Shown in pieces: positions 41,757 to 49,986 of a DNA stretch of 64,000 nucleotides (the first letter of the stretch is position 1; every line of letters begins with the position of its first letter). Source of the DNA: Candidatus Poribacteria bacterium (GTDB lineage: Bacteria; Poribacteria; WGA-4E; JAJDTR01); the NCBI GenBank assembly GCA_965222225.1, contig CBDCTK010000002.1:4704001-4768000 (forward strand), given 5' to 3'. The position numbers were made by a program, and so were the translations under genes. The notes under the pieces were generated by a model. That model was given only the letters and a program-made list of their open reading frames with translations. It did no database searches and had not been told where the DNA came from.

Positions 41757-42617
41757 TCAGTCTTCCACCGGTTCGTCTGTCACGTTCTTGGCGCTTTGAC
41801 GGTACTTCCGCCACGTTTCCCACGACTCGACCGAGTGCGGGTCGCTCCTGCTTCTAGCGATAAAGCCGGGGTATCGTTCGAATAGCCAATCCATGTCATG
41901 CCCTGTCGGGCTGTAGCGGAGATCAATACTCCAACGCACCTCTTCGGTCGAGTTTTCCCCGGAGGCGTGGAACGTATACTGTCCAAACGCCAAGATGTCT
42001 CCAGCGCGCATCGGGAGCGACCGAGGTACGCCGCGCGCTTCGACATCCTCTGTCGGCTCAAGGTGCATTCCGTTTGATTCGCTTGGAAGCAGCCCCCACT
42101 TGTTGCTTCCCGGAATGACCTTGAGACAGCCGTTCCGTTCATCAACATCAACCAGAGGAATCCATAGGCTAAGGATTGGAACGGCAAGCGATGCTGGCCC
42201 ATAGTACCCGCTATCTTGATGCCAAGGGAGGGTTGTGCGTCGTCCGCCGGGAAGCTTTGGACGCACCCAATAATCCCCATTGACCGTCAATTCGGGACCG
42301 AGCAGTGATTCCGCCACGTCAAGAACCGCGGACGACATCAATAGGTCGTATATCCCACGGCTGAAGACCTCGTTGTTCCACGAAAAATCCTCGGTCCCCG
42401 CATCTTCTAAAATTCTCGCCAAGCGACGTGTGAAAGACGCTTGCTCATGGAGGTCTGCGATTGCTTTTTCCGCGCGGAGTTGGCGCGCCTTACGATCAAC
42501 AGCCTCGGAGACTGCGGCGCGTACCGGCTCCAGTTCCGTTTCTCCAATCGCACCCGGCACCACGACATAGCCCCAATCTTCAAAGTGGCGAATCTGTTCC
42601 TCGCTCAGCAACATCAA
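41757..42617 (-). CDS. Phytanoyl-CoA dioxygenase (PhyH) family
   Basis: PWHQDSGY, WIPLVD, NGCLKVIPGS, FHASGEN, RWSIDLRY. Confidence 0.92.
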   Translation of the reverse strand: MMLLSEEQIRHFEDWGYVVVPGAIGETELEPVRAAVSEAVDRKARQLRAEKAIADLHEQASFTRRLARILEDAGTEDFSWNNEVFSRGIYDLLMSSAVLDVAESLLGPELTVNGDYWVRPKLPGGRRTTLPWHQDSGYYGPASLAVPILSLWIPLVDVDERNGCLKVIPGSNKWGLLPSESNGMHLEPTEDVEARGVPRSLPMRAGDILAFGQYTFHASGENSTEEVRWSIDLRYSPTGHDMDWLFERYPGFIARSRSDPHSVESWETWRKYRQSAKNVTDEPVED

Positions 42618-42719
42618 ATCTTGTCTCCTCGGTTACACGGCAAAACAGGGGAACTACCAGAGAGTATCGCTACGAAAACGCGTTACGCCTCATGCCCCTT
42701 AAGACGTGCTTAGACTGTT

Positions 42720-43580
42720 CTATAGGCTAAGTTCTTTGCACAGCATCGCGCAGGCCTCTTCGGGAGGCGCGTTTATTAACCGAATCGCTCCGAAGTCCCC
42801 GGATTCTTCGCCGACACCAATATCTCCGAACCCCGGATCTACGTGGATACATTGAAGTGCGGGATTTTGCCAGACGAGAAAACCGTGTTTCCATCCGTAG
42901 ACGATCGACCACTCGCCGCCACGCGATGAACGGCAGATTACGGGCTTGTCGACCGGATCCTCTGTTGCTTCACGTGCGTTATAAAAATCCAGTAACGACG
43001 CCGGTGCGTGACTGCCTTTTACAACCCACTTGGGAGGACTTTGGATTCGCATAGAATTCGCAGGAACCACCGTCCCGCCTGCATGAATCCATGTCTGGCT
43101 GGAATCGCAGTCTTGAAATGAAACACCACCCCACGCTGGCTCAAGTTCTTGTTTGAACAAACTCGGGTTCAAGAACGGGTATATCGGAAAGGCATGGTTG
43201 ATTAGGCAAAAATCGGCGGTCACGCTTCTCAACACCGTGCGCCCGATATTTCGAATTGTAAATTCGATGTCTATACCATTGCTTCGAGGGGTCAGACGGA
43301 TATCATATTCCATCGCACCCGCCCGATCTATGAACGTGCGAGTTTCAAGCATGATTGCCAGTTGCGTTTCATTGGTTGCCCAACGATGCTCAATTGAACC
43401 ATCAGGATTTGGTTCATCCCATTCGACATCAAAGTTATCGACCATGAGAAAACCATCGTCCGAACACACATTCTCAGGCGCAAGGTACCACCATTCAGCC
43501 GCAATTCGGGACGCGACAAGCTGACACCGTCGCGTCACATCCAGCGCACCGACATTTATGGCGAATCGATTCATCAGCAT
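42720..43580 (-). CDS. Hypothetical protein (beta-rich, mutarotase-like fold possible)
   Basis: Long co-oriented ORF; GGAG RBS before ATG ~43580; CIHVDP motif. Confidence 0.6.
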   Translation of the reverse strand: MLMNRFAINVGALDVTRRCQLVASRIAAEWWYLAPENVCSDDGFLMVDNFDVEWDEPNPDGSIEHRWATNETQLAIMLETRTFIDRAGAMEYDIRLTPRSNGIDIEFTIRNIGRTVLRSVTADFCLINHAFPIYPFLNPSLFKQELEPAWGGVSFQDCDSSQTWIHAGGTVVPANSMRIQSPPKWVVKGSHAPASLLDFYNAREATEDPVDKPVICRSSRGGEWSIVYGWKHGFLVWQNPALQCIHVDPGFGDIGVGEESGDFGAIRLINAPPEEACAMLCKELSL

Positions 43581-43752
43581 GTCTCCTTGCAACTCCAGAA
43601 GTTGATAGCAAATAAAACCGGGCAAAAATCAAGGGCAAAGATAAGGGCCAAAACCTCTCACAATCGTCAATCCGTCGGCGAACTACCCAACCAACAGATG
43701 TTTCAACGCTAAAATTAAAATCATCGCCACTCGTAATTTCTTTGTGACATTC

Positions 43753-44517
43753 TTAAATCGTCCAGTATTTCCAGAGGTTCTCAGGAACTTCGTACCGTAT
43801 CCTCTCCTTCTCTTGATATGACCACCGGGCAAAAAGCCCGAATCGTGGAATATCGTGAACATTTGCGGATCCGGTGTGGCAGAGGAAACAGTGCCAAAAA
43901 ATAACATCGCCCGATTTGGCGATGAACTCACGAGGCGGCTCCGGCGATTGGTCGGAGAAGATTTCCCAGCCCCAACCTTCAGTATCTCGGAAGCTGCCGT
44001 CAATGTGGGTTGGATGCTCCAAGAAATAGGTGTGTGTTGTCAGATGGCTCTTTGGCCAATAGGTGAACGCCCCGCCACCCGGTTGGACATCGTACATATA
44101 CGTCGTTGCTCCGAGCATAAAACCGCCGCTCCATCCGTTCGGTCCATATCCGTCAATATGGCCGATGGTCGGCATCTGCCACGGTTCTTTTTCCTTTCTG
44201 GGCCACTGAGCGAGCACCTGTCCGCCGCCGCCGTTGAACATGCCACCGCCAATTTGATCCACAACGGCGCGAACTTGCGGGAGTTGACCGAAAACCTGTG
44301 ACTCTGGTTCAATCTTCAATCCATCGGCAACATACTGATCCGGCCAACCACTTGGGTCGGATAACTCGGAATTAAGATGATCCCAAATCTGGTTGCGCCA
44401 ACTTTGGACAACATCGCTTTCGACGAAATTTTCCAGAATCAAGTAACCGTTGGTCTTAAAGTAATCAATCTGTTCGGGTGTAAGTATTTCGTTATTGGTC
44501 GGCGTTCGAGCAGTCAT
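43753..44517 (-). CDS. PhyH-family dioxygenase
   Basis: FKTNGYL, GHIDGY, WPKSH, GDVIFWHCFLCHTGS. Confidence 0.88.
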   Translation of the reverse strand: MTARTPTNNEILTPEQIDYFKTNGYLILENFVESDVVQSWRNQIWDHLNSELSDPSGWPDQYVADGLKIEPESQVFGQLPQVRAVVDQIGGGMFNGGGGQVLAQWPRKEKEPWQMPTIGHIDGYGPNGWSGGFMLGATTYMYDVQPGGGAFTYWPKSHLTTHTYFLEHPTHIDGSFRDTEGWGWEIFSDQSPEPPREFIAKSGDVIFWHCFLCHTGSANVHDIPRFGLFARWSYQEKERIRYEVPENLWKYWTI

Positions 44518-44578
44518 GATGATTCACCCGTGCTCCCATTCAAAACGGCAATGAAGTTTGACTCAACTTCCTTCTCTT

Positions 44579-44911
44579 TCAAAGTTCGAAAACCCGCTCC
44601 ATAGTTGCCCACCATTCGTCCGGTTTAGCTTCCGGTACCCGTTCCTGAAAATCTCGCATGAGCACATCCCATTCACGGCAGCGTGGATGCAATTCCAAGT
44701 GACGTGGAAAGTCGTGTGCGGGGTCGAAATCATCAACGGTTTCTATCGCCATGAACAGCCGGTTCCCGAGCAGATAGATATCCATCCTCGTGATTCCAAC
44801 CTCCCGCAGACTATTTAGCACTTCGGGCCAGACATTCCTATGATATGTCTTGTATTGCTCAATGACCTGCGGATCGTCTTTCAGATTCAAGGTTAAACCA
44901 AAACGTCGCAT
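44579..44911 (-). CDS. L-rhamnose mutarotase family; start ATG 44911
   Basis: YKTYHRNVWPEV...GNRLFM...WATMERVFEL; GGAG RBS. Confidence 0.88.
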   Translation of the reverse strand: MRRFGLTLNLKDDPQVIEQYKTYHRNVWPEVLNSLREVGITRMDIYLLGNRLFMAIETVDDFDPAHDFPRHLELHPRCREWDVLMRDFQERVPEAKPDEWWATMERVFEL

Positions 44912-44926
44912 AGATTCTCCTTCCTT

Positions 44927-44949
44927 GTAGGGTCGGATTGGCAATCGAC
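44927..44949 (+). repeat. GTAG-type REP
   Basis: GTAG-GGTCGGATTG-G-CAATC-GAC imperfect palindrome. Confidence 0.65.
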
Positions 44950-45003
44950 AGATCGCCCATACGAAGAGACCGATACTAGCCATTGCCCTGCACACCAACC
45001 TGG

Positions 45004-45057
45004 GTAGGCGGGGATCAAGCAAGCGAATAGCACGTCGATAGAAATCCCCTTGCCCCG
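45004..45057. repeat. REP interrupted by a minus-strand copy of the element (45014-45047, 34 nt)
   Basis: GTAGGCGGGG [atcaagcaagcgaatagcacgtcgatagaaatcc] CCTTGCCCCG; excision gives CGGGGC-ctt-GCCCCG. Confidence 0.82.
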
Positions 45058-45112
45058 GATTGGAAAGATTTGATTGACGCTAGTAGTGGACTGCAAATAT
45101 AGGGAAATAGAA

Positions 45113-45844
45113 TTAGTTAGGACCGTCTAGCATCACACGCAAGAGCGGCAATTTGTCCCTGTGTTCGTTTACAATCGGGTTGTCGGCGGTGTTGTCCTCG
45201 GGATGCGGGGTTGGGTTGCTCCATCCCTGATAGTGTCCACCCCAGATGTGACGCCGCGTCCCGCCAGTCCCGCGCCGGGAGCAATGCCAAACAGCGGTGT
45301 CAAAGATAACCGCTGATCCGGGCGACATAACCACTTCCTCTTCGCCTTCCCATACTGCCTCTCCATCGCCCTTTGCGTCAACTGAGTCGTTCAACCGCCG
45401 TGGAAGCACAATGAGAGGACCGATTTCGCGGTCGGATCCGTCTACATAGATACCGCAAAGGATCCGCTCGGGATTCTCGCGTTGCAAACCGGTTGGCGGA
45501 ATCTCCCAGGCGTAGTGGACGTGCCATGAAGTCAAGATAGGTTGAGTAGGGGCGTTTCCGAAGACTGCCGCGCCAGTGTGCGCAAGTCGAACATCGTCTT
45601 GAAGAACTTCCTCCATCGCATCGACTAGAATGGATTTCACGAAGAAAGGCGCCATTTCCGGACCTAACTCCAACAGCGGGTGAAATCCTATTGTGGACTG
45701 TTCCGCAGAGAACCCTCCCCTTTTGTCGCACAGTCCCTTAAAAATCGTGCGAATCTGGTCGCACTCCTTTTCATCGCATACTGACTCAATCAAACAATAG
45801 CCGCGTTCTGCCACCTCGCGAGCCTTTGACTTTAGGTCAATCAT
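45113..45844 (-). CDS. PhyH-like dioxygenase, paralog B; start ATG 45844
   Basis: ERGYCLIE, SWHVHY, PGSAVIFDTAVWHCS. Confidence 0.8.
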   Translation of the reverse strand: MIDLKSKAREVAERGYCLIESVCDEKECDQIRTIFKGLCDKRGGFSAEQSTIGFHPLLELGPEMAPFFVKSILVDAMEEVLQDDVRLAHTGAAVFGNAPTQPILTSWHVHYAWEIPPTGLQRENPERILCGIYVDGSDREIGPLIVLPRRLNDSVDAKGDGEAVWEGEEEVVMSPGSAVIFDTAVWHCSRRGTGGTRRHIWGGHYQGWSNPTPHPEDNTADNPIVNEHRDKLPLLRVMLDGPN

Positions 45845-45948
45845 CCGTACCACCTTTCTAACGAAGTGTGTAGACGCAAATAGCGATGATTCACCCCTAC
45901 CTGCGCCCGAAATTAATAACAGGTCTTGAGACAAGGATTTATGGCGGA

Positions 45949-46680
45949 TTACTCAGGACCGTGCAACAGCGAGCGAAGGAGCGGCAACTCGTTCCTGAAT
46001 CCGGTTAGGGTTGGATTGTCGGAGGTGTTGTCCTCGGGATGGGGCGTCGGATTATTCCATCCCTGATAATGCCCACCCCAGATGCGGCGTATGCCTTTAG
46101 CGCTCCCACGACGCGAGCAGTGCCATACAGCGGTGTCAAAGATTACTGCTGCCCCGGGAGGCACTTCCACCACGTCTTGCCCCTCCCAATCAACCGACAC
46201 ATCGTCTTTCCCGTCAACTGATTCGTTCAACTGCCGCGGAAGTACAATGAGGGGACCGACATCAAGGCTGGAACCGTCCACATAGATGTTACAAAGGATC
46301 CGCTCCGAATTCTCGCGCTGCAACCCTCCGTCGGGAATGTCCCAAGCGTAGTGGACATGCCAGTTAGTCAAAATCGGGTTAGTATGCGCGTTGTTGAAAA
46401 CGGCTGCGCCGCTGTGCGAGAGCCGAACATCGTCCTGAAGCACCTCTTCCATCGCGTCCACGAGAACCGATTTCGCGAAATAGGGCGACATCTCGGGCCC
46501 CCATTCGAGGAGCGGATGAAAGCCGACGGATGGCTGTTCGGCAGAAAGTCCCCCCTTTTTCACACACAGTGCGTCGAAGATAGCACGCATCCCCTCGCAT
46601 TCTTGGTCGTCGTAAGCCGATTCGATAACACAGTAGCCGTGGTCATGAACCTCTTGTGCCTTCGATTTTAGATTAATCAT
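45949..46680 (-). CDS. PhyH-like dioxygenase, paralog A; start ATG 46680
   Basis: DHGYCVIE, NWHVHY, PGAAVIFDTAVWHCS; collinear with the neighbouring paralog. Confidence 0.8.
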   Translation of the reverse strand: MINLKSKAQEVHDHGYCVIESAYDDQECEGMRAIFDALCVKKGGLSAEQPSVGFHPLLEWGPEMSPYFAKSVLVDAMEEVLQDDVRLSHSGAAVFNNAHTNPILTNWHVHYAWDIPDGGLQRENSERILCNIYVDGSSLDVGPLIVLPRQLNESVDGKDDVSVDWEGQDVVEVPPGAAVIFDTAVWHCSRRGSAKGIRRIWGGHYQGWNNPTPHPEDNTSDNPTLTGFRNELPLLRSLLHGPE

Positions 46681-46944
46681 ATATGCCACCTTTCTGGCGA
46701 TATTGTGGTCAAGATTCTGCCACAAAACCTATGTGGATGTCCATCAGTTTCGACTCGGATCGAAAAATACCATGCTACGTACACTAACCCAATAACTTGT
46801 ACGAAAATCTATTTGGATTCGGTAATGCTTCTCACCCCAGCGGAGTGCCATGTCTGTACTATGGAGATGTCTTTCCCTCCGTTCCAGAGGAGCGGAATGT
46901 CTGTGTCTTGGAAGAAAGACAAGTGCGATTACGGTGCAATACCC

Positions 46945-49098
46945 CTACAACTCAATGATTAGAACTTCGTGAATCTGCGAAGTCTGAAGCGTCACGGTAT
47001 CGCCTGACACGGAGACCGTGGAATCCGCACTTTCGCCATTAGCCTTCGAAAACGGTCTCTTGACCGTGACTTTCGCCGTGTAGCCAAAAGTCTCTTCCAT
47101 CAGCGGTGGCAACACCATTCGTCCCTGCCCCTGTCTTCCCATGGCGGAAGTTGTCGTGCCCCAGAACGCAATGAAATGCACCAGTAGACGTTGCTGATTC
47201 TTGTCCTCTGCCACGACGGTTTCAACATTCAGCGGTGCCTGAATGAGTACATCCGGCTCTGGATTCAGATATCGCACCAAGTTTCGAATCGCATCACGAT
47301 GCTCCGGCATTCGATACGACTCGCCCCAAGCAGCATCCACGCAACAGGCGACAAAGGCGGCTTTGCCTTTCCCGTATTCGTTGACGGTTATCGCCGGACC
47401 AATCACGCGACCGGCGGACATGTGGTCACGCCAAGGATTATCGGCACCTTCAACGGAACGGTGAGCGGCAAGCACTTCGCCGTAACCCTGCGCCGAACTC
47501 GTCTCCACCTCGACAATCGGTCCCCATGTCAAAATAGGGTGATCGGTTGGCAGACCGTCTACAAGTGATGCGGATTCGCCATTACACAGGCTTGATGGGA
47601 AACGCAGATAGTTGTCTCGGTGGTCGGTTAAAGCCTTGACGGATCGTATCCCGAGAAGTTCGGCAAGGTTACAAGTGTCGCCCAGTTCGCCGCGAGAGTC
47701 GCACATCCCCGTCATCGCAGTTGCAATCAGATTTCCCCCTTCCGCCACATAGTCTTGGAATAGACCAACCTCCCGCTCCGTCAAGATGGCGGCATTGGGA
47801 AGAAACACCACGGGAAACCGGCGTAGTCGCTCCGCCGAGACATTTTCGTCCATGATCATGCCCATGGGGATGTGTGACTGAAGAAAGGCTTTGTGTGCCC
47901 CCACGAACGCGGAAAAATACTTGGAACCATCCTCGCGGCCATACCAATCGCGACTGCGGCAGGAATAATAGAGACCTACCTCCGGTAATGCGGGATAACC
48001 AAAATACGCGTGCTTGCGTCGTCCTTCTCCGAAGGCTTCACCGATTCGTTCGAAGGCGACCGGCGCCAAGCAACCGTCATAGTCGGCTTTATCTACGATA
48101 GTGCATTGACACCCGTGGGAAAGATAGGTCAAGACCTCCCACGTCATGTCCGCGGCTGGCCTTACAGTGTAGTCATGGTAGTTGTAAACGAAGCGTGAGG
48201 TGACCCCTTGCACAGGGCAGCCCGGCTTGACTGCAAGCATGAACAATGAAAGCAGACTGGGATTTGTGTTGCCGAACGCCCACGGCAATCCTTCGGCGGT
48301 CACGAAATCACCGCTCTGCGCGTGCTGCACCGGCTGTTCACCCACCTCCCACGAGAAGGGAGGATAACCGTGGTAATTGAAATCGACGCTCAACTCAGGG
48401 TTGTGACTCTTGACGTAAGCATCCAATTCCCGGCAGAAATTTGCGTTTGAGTTGCAACGAAATTCGAGCATCTTGTCCCAAGCGTCGTCCCAGGTGACGC
48501 CATTGGGCATCTCAATACCGTAAGCCTCTCTGAATTGTCCCCGGCAGCACTCGCACCAGCACCCGATGGGTGGGCCGAAGCCGAAATCAAGCATATCGAA
48601 ATGGAAACCGACAATCTCGTATTCCATCATCTCCGCGGCGAACCGCTTGCGCTCTTCCAGATATCCCGAGTTATAGCAGAGGCGGCTTGGAATATCCTGC
48701 CCCTTACTGTCCTTCATACGCCATTCGGGGTGAGCGCGCCACGAAGAGCCATCGTACTGAATCTGACAATACGCCACCACCGCAATCCCGTGCTCCTTGG
48801 CTTCGTCGATACACTCTCGAAGTAAATCTCGATCCCCGAGGTTCGGCGCTTTTCTTCCCATCTTGGAGTTGTAATACGCGAAGTCATGGTCTTTCATGAA
48901 AACGATGATATATTCGGCATTGGCTCTCCTCACATTTTCAATGATTTCCCGACCGGTAATGCCAGCCATATAGACATCATCGCCATCATTTCCGCCAGTG
49001 GGCCCGTACTCCAAGCCAACCAACATCCGCCGGTACCACGGCTGTTCACCCATTTCGGCTGATGATTCGGTTACATTGTCTGTGGTGCTCACGGTCAA
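46945..49098 (-). CDS. Putative glycoside hydrolase (GHL6-like TIM barrel plus beta-galactosidase trimerisation domain)
   Basis: DLLRECIDEAKEHGI, HPEWR, LCYNSGY, GFHFD; VVFLPNAAILT...YVAEGGNLIA. Confidence 0.72.
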   Translation of the reverse strand: MTVSTTDNVTESSAEMGEQPWYRRMLVGLEYGPTGGNDGDDVYMAGITGREIIENVRRANAEYIIVFMKDHDFAYYNSKMGRKAPNLGDRDLLRECIDEAKEHGIAVVAYCQIQYDGSSWRAHPEWRMKDSKGQDIPSRLCYNSGYLEERKRFAAEMMEYEIVGFHFDMLDFGFGPPIGCWCECCRGQFREAYGIEMPNGVTWDDAWDKMLEFRCNSNANFCRELDAYVKSHNPELSVDFNYHGYPPFSWEVGEQPVQHAQSGDFVTAEGLPWAFGNTNPSLLSLFMLAVKPGCPVQGVTSRFVYNYHDYTVRPAADMTWEVLTYLSHGCQCTIVDKADYDGCLAPVAFERIGEAFGEGRRKHAYFGYPALPEVGLYYSCRSRDWYGREDGSKYFSAFVGAHKAFLQSHIPMGMIMDENVSAERLRRFPVVFLPNAAILTEREVGLFQDYVAEGGNLIATAMTGMCDSRGELGDTCNLAELLGIRSVKALTDHRDNYLRFPSSLCNGESASLVDGLPTDHPILTWGPIVEVETSSAQGYGEVLAAHRSVEGADNPWRDHMSAGRVIGPAITVNEYGKGKAAFVACCVDAAWGESYRMPEHRDAIRNLVRYLNPEPDVLIQAPLNVETVVAEDKNQQRLLVHFIAFWGTTTSAMGRQGQGRMVLPPLMEETFGYTAKVTVKRPFSKANGESADSTVSVSGDTVTLQTSQIHEVLIIEL

Positions 49099-49168
49099 TT
49101 CCTCCTCTTGCGATTAACTCCATACGTACAGCAGTGTGCTGTGGTGGGTTCTAGTGTGACAAGATGCT

Positions 49169-49894
49169 CTAACATTTGCGAGCCGCTGGTGGTCTTGCTG
49201 GCGTTCGGATGTGGATTTTGTTGATCTTGTCGGTTGAAAGACGACCTCTCAACTTCCGTTTCACCGTGTATTTGTCGAGGTGTTCCAGTTGGATCAACAT
49301 ACATTGAGTTCGAGACGGGAGTTGCCATAGGCGCTCAAAATCGGACTCAGTCTTTCTGTTTGTGTGGCCCCCCCGCGGATCTTCCAAAATGATGTATCCG
49401 GATTCGTCATAGCCAACGACCAGCCATGGTGTTGACTCCAATAGAACCAGCGACCACCACCCTACGTCGATGAACGCTTTCAATACCTCTATGTCGCAAT
49501 GGGTTATAACAGCGACGTTGTAGTTCTTTGGAATAAGTGCGGTATCAGGTTGTTCTGTGTTTTGTTGCTTCCGCAGGCCGCCGCTCAGGCGAGGGTACTC
49601 TGGTACTAGGACAGCTTCAAGTTCATTCAAACTCTTCAACTCACGTAGCGGCTTCGTCTTGAAAAGCCGATCTAGCCACATGCGCTCGCGTACGTCCGCG
49701 TAGACTCTCTTGGCTTGAACTGATGTCGGCGACGCGTTCGCAGCCGTTGTAGAAGCTGACAAAGACCCTGCAGTTTCCGACGACGATGGCAATTCTGCAA
49801 TATAAAACTTCTGGTTTTGCGGCGATGGCGCACAACCAAGCACGATCAAACACAACAGCACAGCTAAAGCGATTCGCGAAAAATGTCTCTGCAT
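49169..49894 (-). CDS. Hypothetical lipoprotein; start ATG 49894
   Basis: Lipobox VLGC; LVVGYD...IILEDP C39-like segment. Confidence 0.65.
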   Translation of the reverse strand: MQRHFSRIALAVLLCLIVLGCAPSPQNQKFYIAELPSSSETAGSLSASTTAANASPTSVQAKRVYADVRERMWLDRLFKTKPLRELKSLNELEAVLVPEYPRLSGGLRKQQNTEQPDTALIPKNYNVAVITHCDIEVLKAFIDVGWWSLVLLESTPWLVVGYDESGYIILEDPRGGHTNRKTESDFERLWQLPSRTQCMLIQLEHLDKYTVKRKLRGRLSTDKINKIHIRTPARPPAARKC

Positions 49895-49986
49895 GATTCT
49901 CTCCTTTTCAGTCACGCTAGTCAAGGGGAATTTGATGGTGTCCGATATTATCATTTTAATTGGTTAGGCAGTCAACCGGAAAATAC

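Noticed and set aside
44912-45022. N-terminal extension of the rhamnose mutarotase ORF
   Set aside because: It runs through REP sequences; a good RBS and ATG lie at 44911.
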